Assembly (NCBI GenBank): GCA_964619725.1
Contig: CAZUFC010000024.1
Location: 1-64,000, forward strand
DNA from: an uncultured bacterium
GTDB taxonomy: Bacteria > CSSED10-310 > CAZUFC01
Reading direction: 5' to 3'
DNA length: 64,000 nucleotides
Part shown: positions 53,302 through 63,166 of the stretch, one piece after another
Position numbering within the stretch: position 1 is the first letter of the stretch
Layout of the letters: every line of letters starts with the position of its first letter
Program-made: the position numbers and the translations under genes
The notes under the pieces: generated by a model
What the model saw: only the letters and a program-made list of their open reading frames with translations
Told to the model about the DNA's origin: nothing
The model's database searches: none

Positions 53302-54834
53302 TCAACAGGCCCGGCATTTCTGACTCATTTTGTAATTGTGGATGGACTCGTTGATCTTATCTACCAGGTCCATTAAATCGAACGGTTTAGCTACGAATTG
53401 AGTCGAAGAATTTTTCAGAGCGTTTCTGATCGGTTCGTCCTTGCCGTAACCGCTGCAAAGTATCACCGGTAAGTCCTTTTCTTTCTGCCTGATTTCCGAT
53501 AAAACTTCCAGGCCGTCCATAAACGGCATCCCGATATCCAGAAGAATCAAATCGATCTTATCCTTCATCTTATTATACGCTTCCATGGTTTCCAATCCGT
53601 CAGCAGATTCAATGATCTGAAAACCGCTCGCTTTCAGACATTCTACCGCCATCTCCCGGACCATCTCGTCGTCATCTGCAACCAGAATTAAAGAATCGGA
53701 ATAGTCCAAATCCATGTCAGATTCCTTTTTCTTCTCTAATTCCGTCTTTTCAAGAGGAAAATCGATAACAATTCTCGTGCCCCTGTCTATGTAACTGTCG
53801 ACCGAAATCTTACCCTCGTGACCCTTCACTATGCCCGCTACCGCTGCCAGGCCCATCCCGCGCCCGATGCCCTTCGTGCTGAAAAACGGCTCGAATATCC
53901 GATCCAGGGTTTCCCTTTCCATCCCTTTTCCCGTATCAGATATCCTTATTCTCGCATAATCACGCTTCTGCTTGCGGTTTCGTCCTCGCCATTCCGTGTG
54001 CTTCGACAGATCAATGTGAACATGACCCTCGTCGCTCATCGCTTCCGCTGAATTCAGGAATATGTTCCACATTAATTGCTGTATCTGACTGATGTCGGCC
54101 TTGATGATCAAAGACTCGTCAATCGTCGTCAACCTCATGCTTATATTGCTCCGAAACGATGAGCGTATCGTCTTTAATATCCGCCCTATCTCCTCCTTCA
54201 AATCAAAACTCACCATTACGAAACGGCCCTCTCGCGTATATGCCAGCAACTGCTTCGTCAATAATGCCGCCTGCTCAACTGCCTGCTTCGCAAGTGAATA
54301 CGAACGATTCAACGTCACCTGCGCCACGTTCTCCATCCTCGCTAATGCCAGATAACCGTTTATCGCCGCAAGCAAATTGTTGAAATCGTGCGAAAGTCCT
54401 CGCGCTATGCGACCGATGATCTCCATCTTTTGCACTTCATGCTGCGAATTCTGTATCTTCATCCGCTTCGATATGTCTCGTACTACGAAAACCGTTAACT
54501 CACCATCACCATATGACGCTGATGATATTCCCGCCTCGAATATCTTCTTGGCTCCTGATTGAGTCAATAATCCCAATTCAATGATATCAGACTCCACTGC
54601 ACCCTCTTCAACCAGTTTCTCCACGCCGTCCAAAAACTCCGGCGACATCAATGACGATATGTCGCTTTCAAGCAAATCCTCTCTTGAAAATCCCGTCATA
54701 CGGCATAAAGCATCATTTACATATATTATCTTCTTCGCCTGAATCCCTAATATGCCGTCAAAAGCCGTTTCCGTTATTGTGCAAGCAAGTTCGGAAGGAA
54801 CGTTCTCCTCCTTCCCGCGACTTAAATCTCTCAC
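53302..54834 (-). CDS. PAS-domain hybrid sensor histidine kinase/response regulator
   Basis: PAS domain; H-box HDFNNLL; G-boxes DTGKGM, FEPFFSTK, GMGLA; C-terminal receiver LLDIGMP. Confidence 0.93.
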   Translation of the reverse strand: MRDLSRGKEENVPSELACTITETAFDGILGIQAKKIIYVNDALCRMTGFSREDLLESDISSLMSPEFLDGVEKLVEEGAVESDIIELGLLTQSGAKKIFEAGISSASYGDGELTVFVVRDISKRMKIQNSQHEVQKMEIIGRIARGLSHDFNNLLAAINGYLALARMENVAQVTLNRSYSLAKQAVEQAALLTKQLLAYTREGRFVMVSFDLKEEIGRILKTIRSSFRSNISMRLTTIDESLIIKADISQIQQLMWNIFLNSAEAMSDEGHVHIDLSKHTEWRGRNRKQKRDYARIRISDTGKGMERETLDRIFEPFFSTKGIGRGMGLAAVAGIVKGHEGKISVDSYIDRGTRIVIDFPLEKTELEKKKESDMDLDYSDSLILVADDDEMVREMAVECLKASGFQIIESADGLETMEAYNKMKDKIDLILLDIGMPFMDGLEVLSEIRQKEKDLPVILCSGYGKDEPIRNALKNSSTQFVAKPFDLMDLVDKINESIHNYKMSQKCRAC

Positions 54835-55050
54835 GTATAAACCTCCAACCTTTGCGAATATTCAGCTCCGCATTTATTTCCTCGCCCACACCTCAGTTTT
54901 ATAGTTCCGCCCCGCATTTCAATATACGACTTTTGCCTCATATTACAAGCGAAAAACCCCCCTTATTTCTTACTTTTTTAAAAAAATAAAAATATAATAA
55001 TCGACAATATAAAAGAAAAGTTACATTTTATTTTTAACTGATAATAAAGT

Positions 55051-55905
55051 TTACTTTTTTGAAATATCTGCGACAATATTGTCGATCAGTCTGACTTTTC
55101 CCAGAAAAACGGCTGCGGCTATCAGGACTTTATCTTCGATTTTCTGAAGCGGCGTCAATTCATGAGGATCGCAGATTTCGAGATATTGGATGTCGAATTG
55201 AGGGAATTTATTGATCATGTCAGACATTTTTTTCCGGACGATTACCGGGTCTGTTTCGCCCTGTAGAATCATTTTTGCGCCGTGCTGCAGGGCCTTATAA
55301 ATTTGAGGCGCTATTTTTCTTTCCTCTTCAGTCAAGTTGTCATTTCTGGAACTCATGGCCAGTCCGTCGTCTTCACGAACGGTAGGCAAGACAACGATTT
55401 CCGTATCGATATTGAGGTCTTCCGTCATTTGTTCGATAATGCGGGCTTGCTGATAATCCTTACTGCCGAAGAATGCCTGATGGGGTTTGACGATGTTGAA
55501 CAATTTAAGAACGACAGTGGCGACTCCGTCGAAATGTCCCGGCCGGAAAGGTCCGCAGAGGTAATTGGTAAGGTCTTTAACATGGACGAAGGATTTGTAG
55601 TTTTTCGGGTACACTTTTTCATCAGCGGGTGTGAACAGAAAATCAACGCCCAGGTTCAGCGCCAGCGCTTTATCGCGGTTCATATCTCTGGGATAAATCT
55701 GGTAATCCTCATTCGGGCCGAACTGAGTCGGGTTGACGAAAATGCTTACGATAAGGATATCGTTTTTTCTTTTAGCTTCTTTCATAAGGCTGATATGCCC
55801 GTCATGGAAGTAACCCATGGTGGGAACGAAGCCTATCGCTTTTCCGGACTTGCGCAAATTGCCGGTAATAAGCTGCATTTCAGGGATTTCATGAATTGTT
55901 CTCAT
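55051..55905 (-). CDS. panC: Pantoate-beta-alanine ligase
   Basis: FVPTMGYFHDGH…FVNPTQF…RPGHFDGV…KDYQQ…GLAMSSRN…RLIDN. Confidence 0.97.
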   Translation of the reverse strand: MRTIHEIPEMQLITGNLRKSGKAIGFVPTMGYFHDGHISLMKEAKRKNDILIVSIFVNPTQFGPNEDYQIYPRDMNRDKALALNLGVDFLFTPADEKVYPKNYKSFVHVKDLTNYLCGPFRPGHFDGVATVVLKLFNIVKPHQAFFGSKDYQQARIIEQMTEDLNIDTEIVVLPTVREDDGLAMSSRNDNLTEEERKIAPQIYKALQHGAKMILQGETDPVIVRKKMSDMINKFPQFDIQYLEICDPHELTPLQKIEDKVLIAAAVFLGKVRLIDNIVADISKK

Positions 55906-56752
55906 CGTTTATTTTATCCTTGTTTAGGGCATTTATGAGTTTTTCAGGGAGTTCATAGCTATGTTCGATTTGAGGGAAGCGTTCGTTTTTAACATCATGG
56001 ATATAGGATTTTACGGCTTCATTCATAATTGAGTGAAGTTGTGCGAATTGTTTAACGAATTTGGCAGGGGGATCAAAGAGGATACCGAGCATGTCGTGCA
56101 GCACGAGGACTTGTCCGTCGCAACGTGGACCGGCTCCGATACCGATGGTGGGAACATCGACGATTTGGGTGATTTTTTCAGCGACGGGCCACGGTATTCC
56201 TTCCAGGACGATGCTGAAGACTCCTGCCTGGGCAATGGACCTGGCATCGTTAAGCAGTTTTTTAACGGAAGGAAGCGTTTTTCCCTGGACGCGATAACCG
56301 CCCATCTGGTGGACGGATTGCGGCGTCAGACCGATATGGCCCATCACGGGAATACCGTTGGAGACGAGCCGTGAAATCGTTTCGGTTTTTTCTTCTCCGC
56401 CTTCCAGTTTAACCGCTTCAGCCCCGCCTTCCTTCATAAAACGCCCAGCATTTTTCATCGTATCTTCAATGCTCACGTGAAAAGACATGAAGGGCATATC
56501 GCCGACCAGAAGCGCTCTTTTGACGCCCCGTCTGACGGCTTTCAAATGGTGGAGCATTTCATCCATGGTAACGGGAATGGTGCTTGAATACCCCAGCATG
56601 ACATTGGCGAGACTGTCGCCGACAAGAACGACGTCGATTCCCGCCTCATCGACGATTCTGGCTGTCGGATAGTCGTAGGCCGTCAGCATGGTTATTTTGT
56701 TTTTCTTCTTTTTTTTGCGTATGAGGTCGCGAATGGTGATTTTATCTTTCAT
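55889..56752 (-). CDS. panB: 3-methyl-2-oxobutanoate hydroxymethyltransferase
   Basis: MLTAYD…LVGDSL…VKLEGG…GHIGLTPQS…IGIGAG…DGQVLV. Confidence 0.97.
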   Translation of the reverse strand: MKDKITIRDLIRKKKKKNKITMLTAYDYPTARIVDEAGIDVVLVGDSLANVMLGYSSTIPVTMDEMLHHLKAVRRGVKRALLVGDMPFMSFHVSIEDTMKNAGRFMKEGGAEAVKLEGGEEKTETISRLVSNGIPVMGHIGLTPQSVHQMGGYRVQGKTLPSVKKLLNDARSIAQAGVFSIVLEGIPWPVAEKITQIVDVPTIGIGAGPRCDGQVLVLHDMLGILFDPPAKFVKQFAQLHSIMNEAVKSYIHDVKNERFPQIEHSYELPEKLINALNKDKINDENNS

Positions 56753-56761
56753 TTTTACGTT

Positions 56762-57310
56762 TCAACAGACTGTTGTTCGATTACTTTGTTTCACAGGAAT
56801 GACTTTTTCCCGGCGAGGGCATTCGTTTTTCAATTGCTCGAAAGTTTTTCCAATCACGGGATGCTTCTGATGCGGTATCAGATCGCAAAGCGGAACAAGA
56901 ACGAAAAGTCTGAGAGATATTTCAGGATGCGGAATCGTCAGATGCGGTCTATTCATAACGATATCATTGAAAAGCAGAATGTCCAGGTCTATTAGTCTCG
57001 GTTTTTTTTTGTTTTTATCTTCGGCTTTTCGCCCCATCGTGAACTCGATATCCTGACACACGTCCAGCAGAGTTTCAGGGTCTCTGCGAAAGAGAATTTC
57101 AACGGCAGCATTGACGTACCAGGGATGATTTTGTTCAACCTGGAGCGGTTCGGTCTGATAGAAGGGGGATTTTCTCAATACGGAAGCGTTCGGATTTTCG
57201 TCGATGAGAGCCAGGGCACGGAGGCAATTATGGAGAGGATTTCCCAGGTTTGAACCCAGTCCTATGTAAGCTTTATGGGCTTTGCGATCTATTTTTTCTT
57301 CATTGGGCAT
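56762..57310 (-). CDS. folK: 2-amino-4-hydroxy-6-hydroxymethyldihydropteridine diphosphokinase
   Basis: AYIGLGSNLG…YVNAA…PRLIDLDILLF…LTIPHP…FVLVPL. Confidence 0.95.
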   Translation of the reverse strand: MPNEEKIDRKAHKAYIGLGSNLGNPLHNCLRALALIDENPNASVLRKSPFYQTEPLQVEQNHPWYVNAAVEILFRRDPETLLDVCQDIEFTMGRKAEDKNKKKPRLIDLDILLFNDIVMNRPHLTIPHPEISLRLFVLVPLCDLIPHQKHPVIGKTFEQLKNECPRREKVIPVKQSNRTTVC

Positions 57311-57368
57311 AATATTTTGAAAATGCAGAAGCGTGACTGAAATTTTATTTTCAAGAGGTTCATAAGAT

Positions 57369-58598
57369 TCATTTCATATTTTGAGCGACTGTTTTATAGA
57401 AATCGAGCACATGCGGCGGGCAACCCGGGATAAAAATGGGTTTCAACCGACAATTTTGACTGGAAAAGACCAGGTCTGCAGCGCAGTTTCCGAGCAGGTA
57501 TAAATTTTCGCCTTTCCAGGCGCTGAGTGTTTTGATGTTGGGCATTATTTTACCGAGGAAAACGGAGCATTCCGGCATTTTTTGAATCATGTTTTCGAAT
57601 TGAAGTTTATCGACGGAATGCCGGAGAGCGGAAAGGCATCCGGAGCACGCTCCACCTTCGACGACATGGAGGTTGGGAAAAAGGCCGGCGCTGCCCAGCA
57701 CAGGCCTTTCAAAAGGTCTTTGCACGATGTCTTCCGGATCGACGCCGCACAAATTTTCTTTTTCCAGTTTTATGGAGCCCAGATTCATCTGCGCTGCGAT
57801 TCTCAGGTGATCTACTTCAACAGGTCGAATGCTCATAAGATGAGCGGCCCAGGCATCGAGCGCCAGGGCTGACGTGCCGCACAACAGGATGTTGGAATCC
57901 CGAACGGTATTACCGAAGAACGGGGCCTGTCCTTCCATGGCCCATATTCCGTCAATAATCGTAAAGTCGGGTTTAACCGCGCAAAAAACATCGACGATTT
58001 TCTGATGTATGTCCGATCTATGAAAGATTCTTCTCTGAGGGTCCAGCAGTATGCCTTGAAGGTTTTTCAATCCCAGGGATACGAGCGTATGCATGTGAGT
58101 TTTCATTTTCGGCAGATTGACGAACAGGTCGTTTTCGAGGACGGATTCAGCGGCATAAACGCGTTTCATTAAAATTCCGTCCGGATTCTCGATCCTTACG
58201 ACTTTTTCTTCGTCAAAAAAGGAAAGCCGCACATTCGTTTTTTTCAGTTCATCCAGAAGCATTCCTTCTTTAAAGGCTCGTTCAGCCGGAAAACCGTAAC
58301 CCGGATTCTCGCCTACGGTGATCGTTGATGCTCCTAAATCTCTGAAGACCCTTATCGCGGCTGTGACCACACGGGGATCGGTCGACGCCGCAGGCTGCTT
58401 CGGCAGGTCCGGCCTCACCAGATTCGGCTTAATCAGTATTGAACTGTTTCTGAAAAAACCGCGGGAGACGTCCAGGCCGGATATCCCTTCTTCAAGCATT
58501 TCCTGAATTATGGAAACGCTTTTCTCGGAATAATCGAAAGGCTTTTCCGGAATGTTCGACCTGTGTAATAGCGATACAGTCTTTTTCTGTTCAACCAT
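57369..58598 (-). CDS. DUF362 family (Fe-S-associated) protein
   Basis: ILIKPNLV…TDPRVV…NLPKMKTH…LGLKNLQG…IIDGIWAMEG; ACSGC and GCPP C-terminal motifs. Confidence 0.85.
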   Translation of the reverse strand: MVEQKKTVSLLHRSNIPEKPFDYSEKSVSIIQEMLEEGISGLDVSRGFFRNSSILIKPNLVRPDLPKQPAASTDPRVVTAAIRVFRDLGASTITVGENPGYGFPAERAFKEGMLLDELKKTNVRLSFFDEEKVVRIENPDGILMKRVYAAESVLENDLFVNLPKMKTHMHTLVSLGLKNLQGILLDPQRRIFHRSDIHQKIVDVFCAVKPDFTIIDGIWAMEGQAPFFGNTVRDSNILLCGTSALALDAWAAHLMSIRPVEVDHLRIAAQMNLGSIKLEKENLCGVDPEDIVQRPFERPVLGSAGLFPNLHVVEGGACSGCLSALRHSVDKLQFENMIQKMPECSVFLGKIMPNIKTLSAWKGENLYLLGNCAADLVFSSQNCRLKPIFIPGCPPHVLDFYKTVAQNMK

Positions 58599-60123
58599 TA
58601 CCGTTCCTTTTTTGACTCATTTTCGCTAATTTTTTCAACGATACTTTTCCCGATGCAGTCCTGGGGAAATCCTCAACATAAGTGAAATACTTGGGAATTT
58701 TGTAACGGGCGATGTTTTTCTGAAGATAACGGATCATTTCAATCTCTTCAGGAGGACGCGCCCCTTCCTTGCATATTAAATAAGCATGGTAAACTTCACC
58801 GCGCAATTCGTCTTCCGCCGGCGCCACCACAGCGTCCCGGACTGCAGGATGAGATATTATCGCGCATTCCACTTCGCGAGGATAGACTTTAAGTCCTCCG
58901 ATTTTAATCAGTGCATCTTTTCGACCCATGAAATAATGCCATCCCTGGGCATCTTTTTGAAAGAGGTCGCGGGTGGAATACCATCCGTCTTCCAGGAAAG
59001 GAAGGAATCTGTCTGCCGATTCGCTGTAATACTCCGTTACGGCAGGTCCCTTTATCTGGAGCTCCCCTGTTTCTCCTTCAGGAACCTCTTTCCGATCGTC
59101 ATCCACTATTCTTACGTCGTAATGCGGACAGGGTTTGCCGACGGAATCCAGGGGAAAGACGCCCGACAGAGGGGTCGCCAGGGCGATTCCTGTGGTTTCC
59201 GTACTTCCCCAAACCGGATGTATGGAGAGCCCGAAAACATCGCGAAACAACCGGTTCAATTCCGGAGGAGTGGCCATACCTCCCGATTCCGCCAGCCGCA
59301 GAGTATTGGAGGACAAACCTTTCCTGCCGGCATAATCGGCCAACAGGCGGTAAAGAGCCGCTACGCCCATGATACAGGTTATTTTTTCTTTCAAGATAAT
59401 TTCCATCAGTTGCCGGGGATTGGCCGTCTCGGTTAATACCGTCGTTCCGCCGGTAACCAGAGACCTCATGAAAAGTTCATGAGGATGCGAAAAAACGGCA
59501 AATAACGGCAGATGAATGTCTTCTTCAGTCAGATCGAACGCCTTAATTGAGGCTTCAGTATTCCACCAGAGCTGCTTGTGGTTGCATATGGCCGCCTTCG
59601 GTTCTCCGGTCGATCCCGACGTAAAGTTGTAATAGATTAGTTCATCTTCATGCAACGATACAGGCGGCGGCGTATCGGGATATTGCTCGATGGCGCGCTC
59701 CCAAGCTTTTTTATCCGCAGATTTATCCGAATCGACGTTTATAATCACTGCCGACGCTGATGCGGGAAATCCTGATTCGATCAGCTCCTTCAATTCCCTG
59801 AGCCGCTCGTCAAGCAATACGGCCCTCGGCGGAAAAAGGTTCAGGAATTTCTTTTGATCCTCCAACGGCAGGCGGTAATTGACCGGCAAAGCGACCGCCC
59901 CGATCGCAGCCGCGCTGAGCATCCCGATGATGACCTCCGGAGTTTTCCTCACGGCCATATGAATCAGATCGCCCTTTTCCGCTCCATGGTCCTTGAGAAA
60001 CCAGGCGAGCCGGTTAACCGTCTGAGCCAGTTCCTCATAAGTGATACGACGCTCCTCGCAGACGACTGCCGTGACGTCCGGTCTGTTCTTCCTCTGTTTT
60101 TCGACGATGTCCCTTAATATCAT
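58591..60123 (-). CDS. AMP-binding acyl-CoA synthetase-like enzyme (class I adenylate-forming)
   Basis: FTSGSTGEPK; WGSTETTG; GELQIKGP; GRKDALIKIGG; PRTASGK. Confidence 0.9.
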   Translation of the reverse strand: MILRDIVEKQRKNRPDVTAVVCEERRITYEELAQTVNRLAWFLKDHGAEKGDLIHMAVRKTPEVIIGMLSAAAIGAVALPVNYRLPLEDQKKFLNLFPPRAVLLDERLRELKELIESGFPASASAVIINVDSDKSADKKAWERAIEQYPDTPPPVSLHEDELIYYNFTSGSTGEPKAAICNHKQLWWNTEASIKAFDLTEEDIHLPLFAVFSHPHELFMRSLVTGGTTVLTETANPRQLMEIILKEKITCIMGVAALYRLLADYAGRKGLSSNTLRLAESGGMATPPELNRLFRDVFGLSIHPVWGSTETTGIALATPLSGVFPLDSVGKPCPHYDVRIVDDDRKEVPEGETGELQIKGPAVTEYYSESADRFLPFLEDGWYSTRDLFQKDAQGWHYFMGRKDALIKIGGLKVYPREVECAIISHPAVRDAVVAPAEDELRGEVYHAYLICKEGARPPEEIEMIRYLQKNIARYKIPKYFTYVEDFPRTASGKVSLKKLAKMSQKRNGNG

Positions 60124-61253
60124 CTCGTTAACCCGCGTTTCTCCAATTCCTCTTTAGCTTTTTCAAATCCGTCCTCGGCGCTTTGCTGCGCCACCCAACC
60201 CGTTAATTCTTCCAGACCGTCTTCAAACCTGGTTCCGGGTTCATATCCCAGCTTCTCCTTTATCTTGGATATGTCGGCATAACAATGCCTGATGTCGCCT
60301 TCTCTGTATTTTTGAGCGATGACGGGTTCCAGTTTTCCCGGTTTCAGTTTTTTAATCAACAAACGGCCGACTTCTTCAATCGTTAAATTACGGCCGGTTC
60401 CCACATTGAAAACTTCATAATCAGCCGTCGGTTTTTCCATTGCCAGTATATTGGCCTGCGCGATATCTCCGACATGCACAAAATCACGGCTTTGCCGTCC
60501 GTCTTCATAGATCACTGGAGGATTGTCGTTGAGAATCCTGGATGAAAATATGGCGGCCACTCCCGTGTAAGGATTGGACAGGGCCTGCCTGGGTCCGTAT
60601 ACATTGAAATACCTCAGCGCTACGGTTGGAATTTTATAGCTCCTGCCCACACTCAAAAACATCTCTTCATGATCCCTTTTGGTTACAGCATAAATCGAAG
60701 TCGGGAACAGCGGCTTGTCTTCATCAGTGGCCAGCGCTTCCGCTGTCTTTGAACAATGAGGACAGTGGACTTCCCAGTCTTTCCGCTTCATTTGTTCGTC
60801 CGGCCTCAATTTTGGCGCGATAAGACCGCATTGGGCGCATTTGTATCTTCCCTCTCCGTAAATGGACATGGAAGAAGCCACGATCAATTTCTCGATTTTG
60901 TCGCGAAGCGCCGGAGTGTTTATCACCAAATCCAATAAGACGGCGCCGCCCAGCGAATTATATTCCGTATACCGGCTGATCTCATACATGGACTGACCCA
61001 CGCCGACAGCCGCAGCCTCATGGAAAACTATTTCCTTGCCGAGCATGGCTTTCTTTAACTCTTCCGCGTTTCTTACGTCTCCCTGGATGAATTCCGCATC
61101 TTTGTTCAGATATTCCGGAATTTTCTGCTCCGGTCCGTGCACCTGAGGATCGAGATTATCGAAAATAGTTACATCATGACCTTCGGCAACTAACTGATCA
61201 ACTATATGCGATCCAATGAAGCCTGCGCCCCCGGTTACCAGAATCTTCTTCAT
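60120..61253 (-). CDS. NAD-dependent nucleotide-sugar epimerase/dehydratase
   Basis: TGGAGFIGS; ASSMSIYGEG; YAVTK; LRYFNVYGPRQ. Confidence 0.93.
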   Translation of the reverse strand: MKKILVTGGAGFIGSHIVDQLVAEGHDVTIFDNLDPQVHGPEQKIPEYLNKDAEFIQGDVRNAEELKKAMLGKEIVFHEAAAVGVGQSMYEISRYTEYNSLGGAVLLDLVINTPALRDKIEKLIVASSMSIYGEGRYKCAQCGLIAPKLRPDEQMKRKDWEVHCPHCSKTAEALATDEDKPLFPTSIYAVTKRDHEEMFLSVGRSYKIPTVALRYFNVYGPRQALSNPYTGVAAIFSSRILNDNPPVIYEDGRQSRDFVHVGDIAQANILAMEKPTADYEVFNVGTGRNLTIEEVGRLLIKKLKPGKLEPVIAQKYREGDIRHCYADISKIKEKLGYEPGTRFEDGLEELTGWVAQQSAEDGFEKAKEELEKRGLTR

Positions 61254-61310
61254 TATCTCAAAGCTCCTTTCCTGAAGAACGTCATATTAACTCAGCCCTT
61301 TGAACCGGTA

Positions 61311-62051
61311 TTATTCAACCTTCGACAATACCGGATTCGCATGTTCATCGTCTTTGAATCGTAATTTAAACAGAAAAATGAGATTCTTGACCCCGTCATC
61401 CCATAAATTCAATTTGCTGGGTCCGATTCTTTCCACATATTTGAATTGAATAGGAACTTCACGGCTCGAAATGTCGGCGTGACGGAAAACTTTGATTTTG
61501 AATTCTTCGGAAAACGGCATTCCGTCGCTGTTGACGCTTACTTTGTCCAGCACAGGCTTTCTGAATACCCACATGCCCGACTGACTGTCCCGCAACCGGA
61601 TCAGAAACAACAGAAATACCGTGAACGTCAGAACGATGTTGCCGAACCATCTCTGGATCATATTAAAATCATGGAAGAATTGTATGGGTATTCTTGCCGC
61701 AGAAATGAAATCCAGATCGTCGATAAGCAGAATCTCGATTAAATAGGAAATAGCGTACGTCGGATAGGTCCCGTCGCCGTCCATTGTGACGATGATGTCG
61801 CCCGTCGCTGCCTTCAGCCCCGTCTTGTAAGCGCGCCCGTATCCCTGACGCTTTTCGAATATCACGCGCGCTCCCTTCGATTTCGCTATTTCAGAAGTCC
61901 TGTCAGTCGAATTGTTGTCGACGACCAGCTTTTCATCGACGAATTCCGGCATGCGATCCAAAACTTTGGCGATACCGTCCTCCTCATTATAACAAGGAAT
62001 AACTACCGATACGGTTTTACCTCGATACATCTCTCTTGTCCCTTTCTCCAT
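61311..62051 (-). CDS. Glycosyltransferase family 2 (polyprenol-phosphate glycosyltransferase-like)
   Basis: VVIPCYNEE…VVDNNSTD…GYG…MDGDGTY…DSQSG. Start may be 62030. Confidence 0.9.
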   Translation of the reverse strand: MEKGTREMYRGKTVSVVIPCYNEEDGIAKVLDRMPEFVDEKLVVDNNSTDRTSEIAKSKGARVIFEKRQGYGRAYKTGLKAATGDIIVTMDGDGTYPTYAISYLIEILLIDDLDFISAARIPIQFFHDFNMIQRWFGNIVLTFTVFLLFLIRLRDSQSGMWVFRKPVLDKVSVNSDGMPFSEEFKIKVFRHADISSREVPIQFKYVERIGPSKLNLWDDGVKNLIFLFKLRFKDDEHANPVLSKVE

Positions 62052-63162
62052 TCCTTCGTCTGGCGAGGTTTCGTTTCCATTTCAACCGGAAAAATTCCGA
62101 AAAAACCCTGGGCAGCATGCGAGGCGTAAAAAGTATGCTGTTAGTCAAAAAACATTCATAAGTGCACCAGCATTTCGAATTTTTTATTTTTTTTCGGATA
62201 CTTTCCGCTTTGTCCGAAAACCATATTTTTCTCAGATCATAATCCTGCTCTCTTAAAGAGCCCATTTTATCGTTTAAAAGTTCACACGGATAAACTTCGC
62301 CCGTGGGATATATCACTCCGCTCAAATTTCCGGCATAACAGGGAACCTGCTGTGCCTGACGGTTCAAAGTATCCGCAATGATCTCCTGACGAATGTTCTT
62401 CATCGCATTGATCATGTCGCTGAATGGAAAATCATGATAACCGCTGATGCTCTTCTCAAACGTATCACGCGTAATCATGCGGCTGAACTCCAGATATTTA
62501 TCCAGATGAACCAACCCGGCTTCCTCTTCTCGCGGCTCTCCTCTCACTAAAAGCTGATTTATGGTTTTCACTCCCAAGTCATCCCGCAAAAATTCATAAA
62601 GCGGCTCAAGTTTGTCCTCATTATAGGAAGAAACCGTTACAGCAACGTTAAGATTAAAATTGGGATGATGTTTTTGAAGTTTTTCCAATTCTCTATACGT
62701 CTGAATCGCTTTATCGAACAAACCCGGCAGACGGCGGATATCGTCATGATCCTTGCCTATTCCGTCAATGGAAATGTCTACGGCAAAGTCCAGGTCAGGG
62801 CAATCCATCAATATTTTTTCAGAGCTTCTAACCACATTATCGATCAATGATCCGTTTGTGGGCATTCCCAGGTTCCTGACGCGGTTGTTTTTATAAAATA
62901 TTTTGGCTATTTCCGGGACGTCCTTGCGAATAAAAGGATCTCCCCCCGTCAGCAGCAGAAACAGCAGATCATCCATACTGCCTGATATTTTTTCGATTTC
63001 TTCCAGCGATAATTCATCCCTGGGCGGTATCCTGTTCCCCAGAAGACAATGACGGCAGCGCGCCAGGCAGCGTTCCGTGATGAAAAAGACCAGGTACAGG
63101 GGCAGAGCGTTTTTTTTCCTGAATATTCTCCCGGCAAACTTCAAATATTCACGACGCTTCAT
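62017..63162 (-). CDS. Radical SAM protein with SPASM/twitch-type C-terminal domain
   Basis: CLARCRHC; TGGDPF; ISIDG; CYAG…GEVYPCE…CWCTYEC. Start set at MKRREY. Confidence 0.88.
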   Translation of the reverse strand: MKRREYLKFAGRIFRKKNALPLYLVFFITERCLARCRHCLLGNRIPPRDELSLEEIEKISGSMDDLLFLLLTGGDPFIRKDVPEIAKIFYKNNRVRNLGMPTNGSLIDNVVRSSEKILMDCPDLDFAVDISIDGIGKDHDDIRRLPGLFDKAIQTYRELEKLQKHHPNFNLNVAVTVSSYNEDKLEPLYEFLRDDLGVKTINQLLVRGEPREEEAGLVHLDKYLEFSRMITRDTFEKSISGYHDFPFSDMINAMKNIRQEIIADTLNRQAQQVPCYAGNLSGVIYPTGEVYPCELLNDKMGSLREQDYDLRKIWFSDKAESIRKKIKNSKCWCTYECFLTNSILFTPRMLPRVFSEFFRLKWKRNLARRRNGERDKRDVSR

Positions 63163-63166
63163 TTCA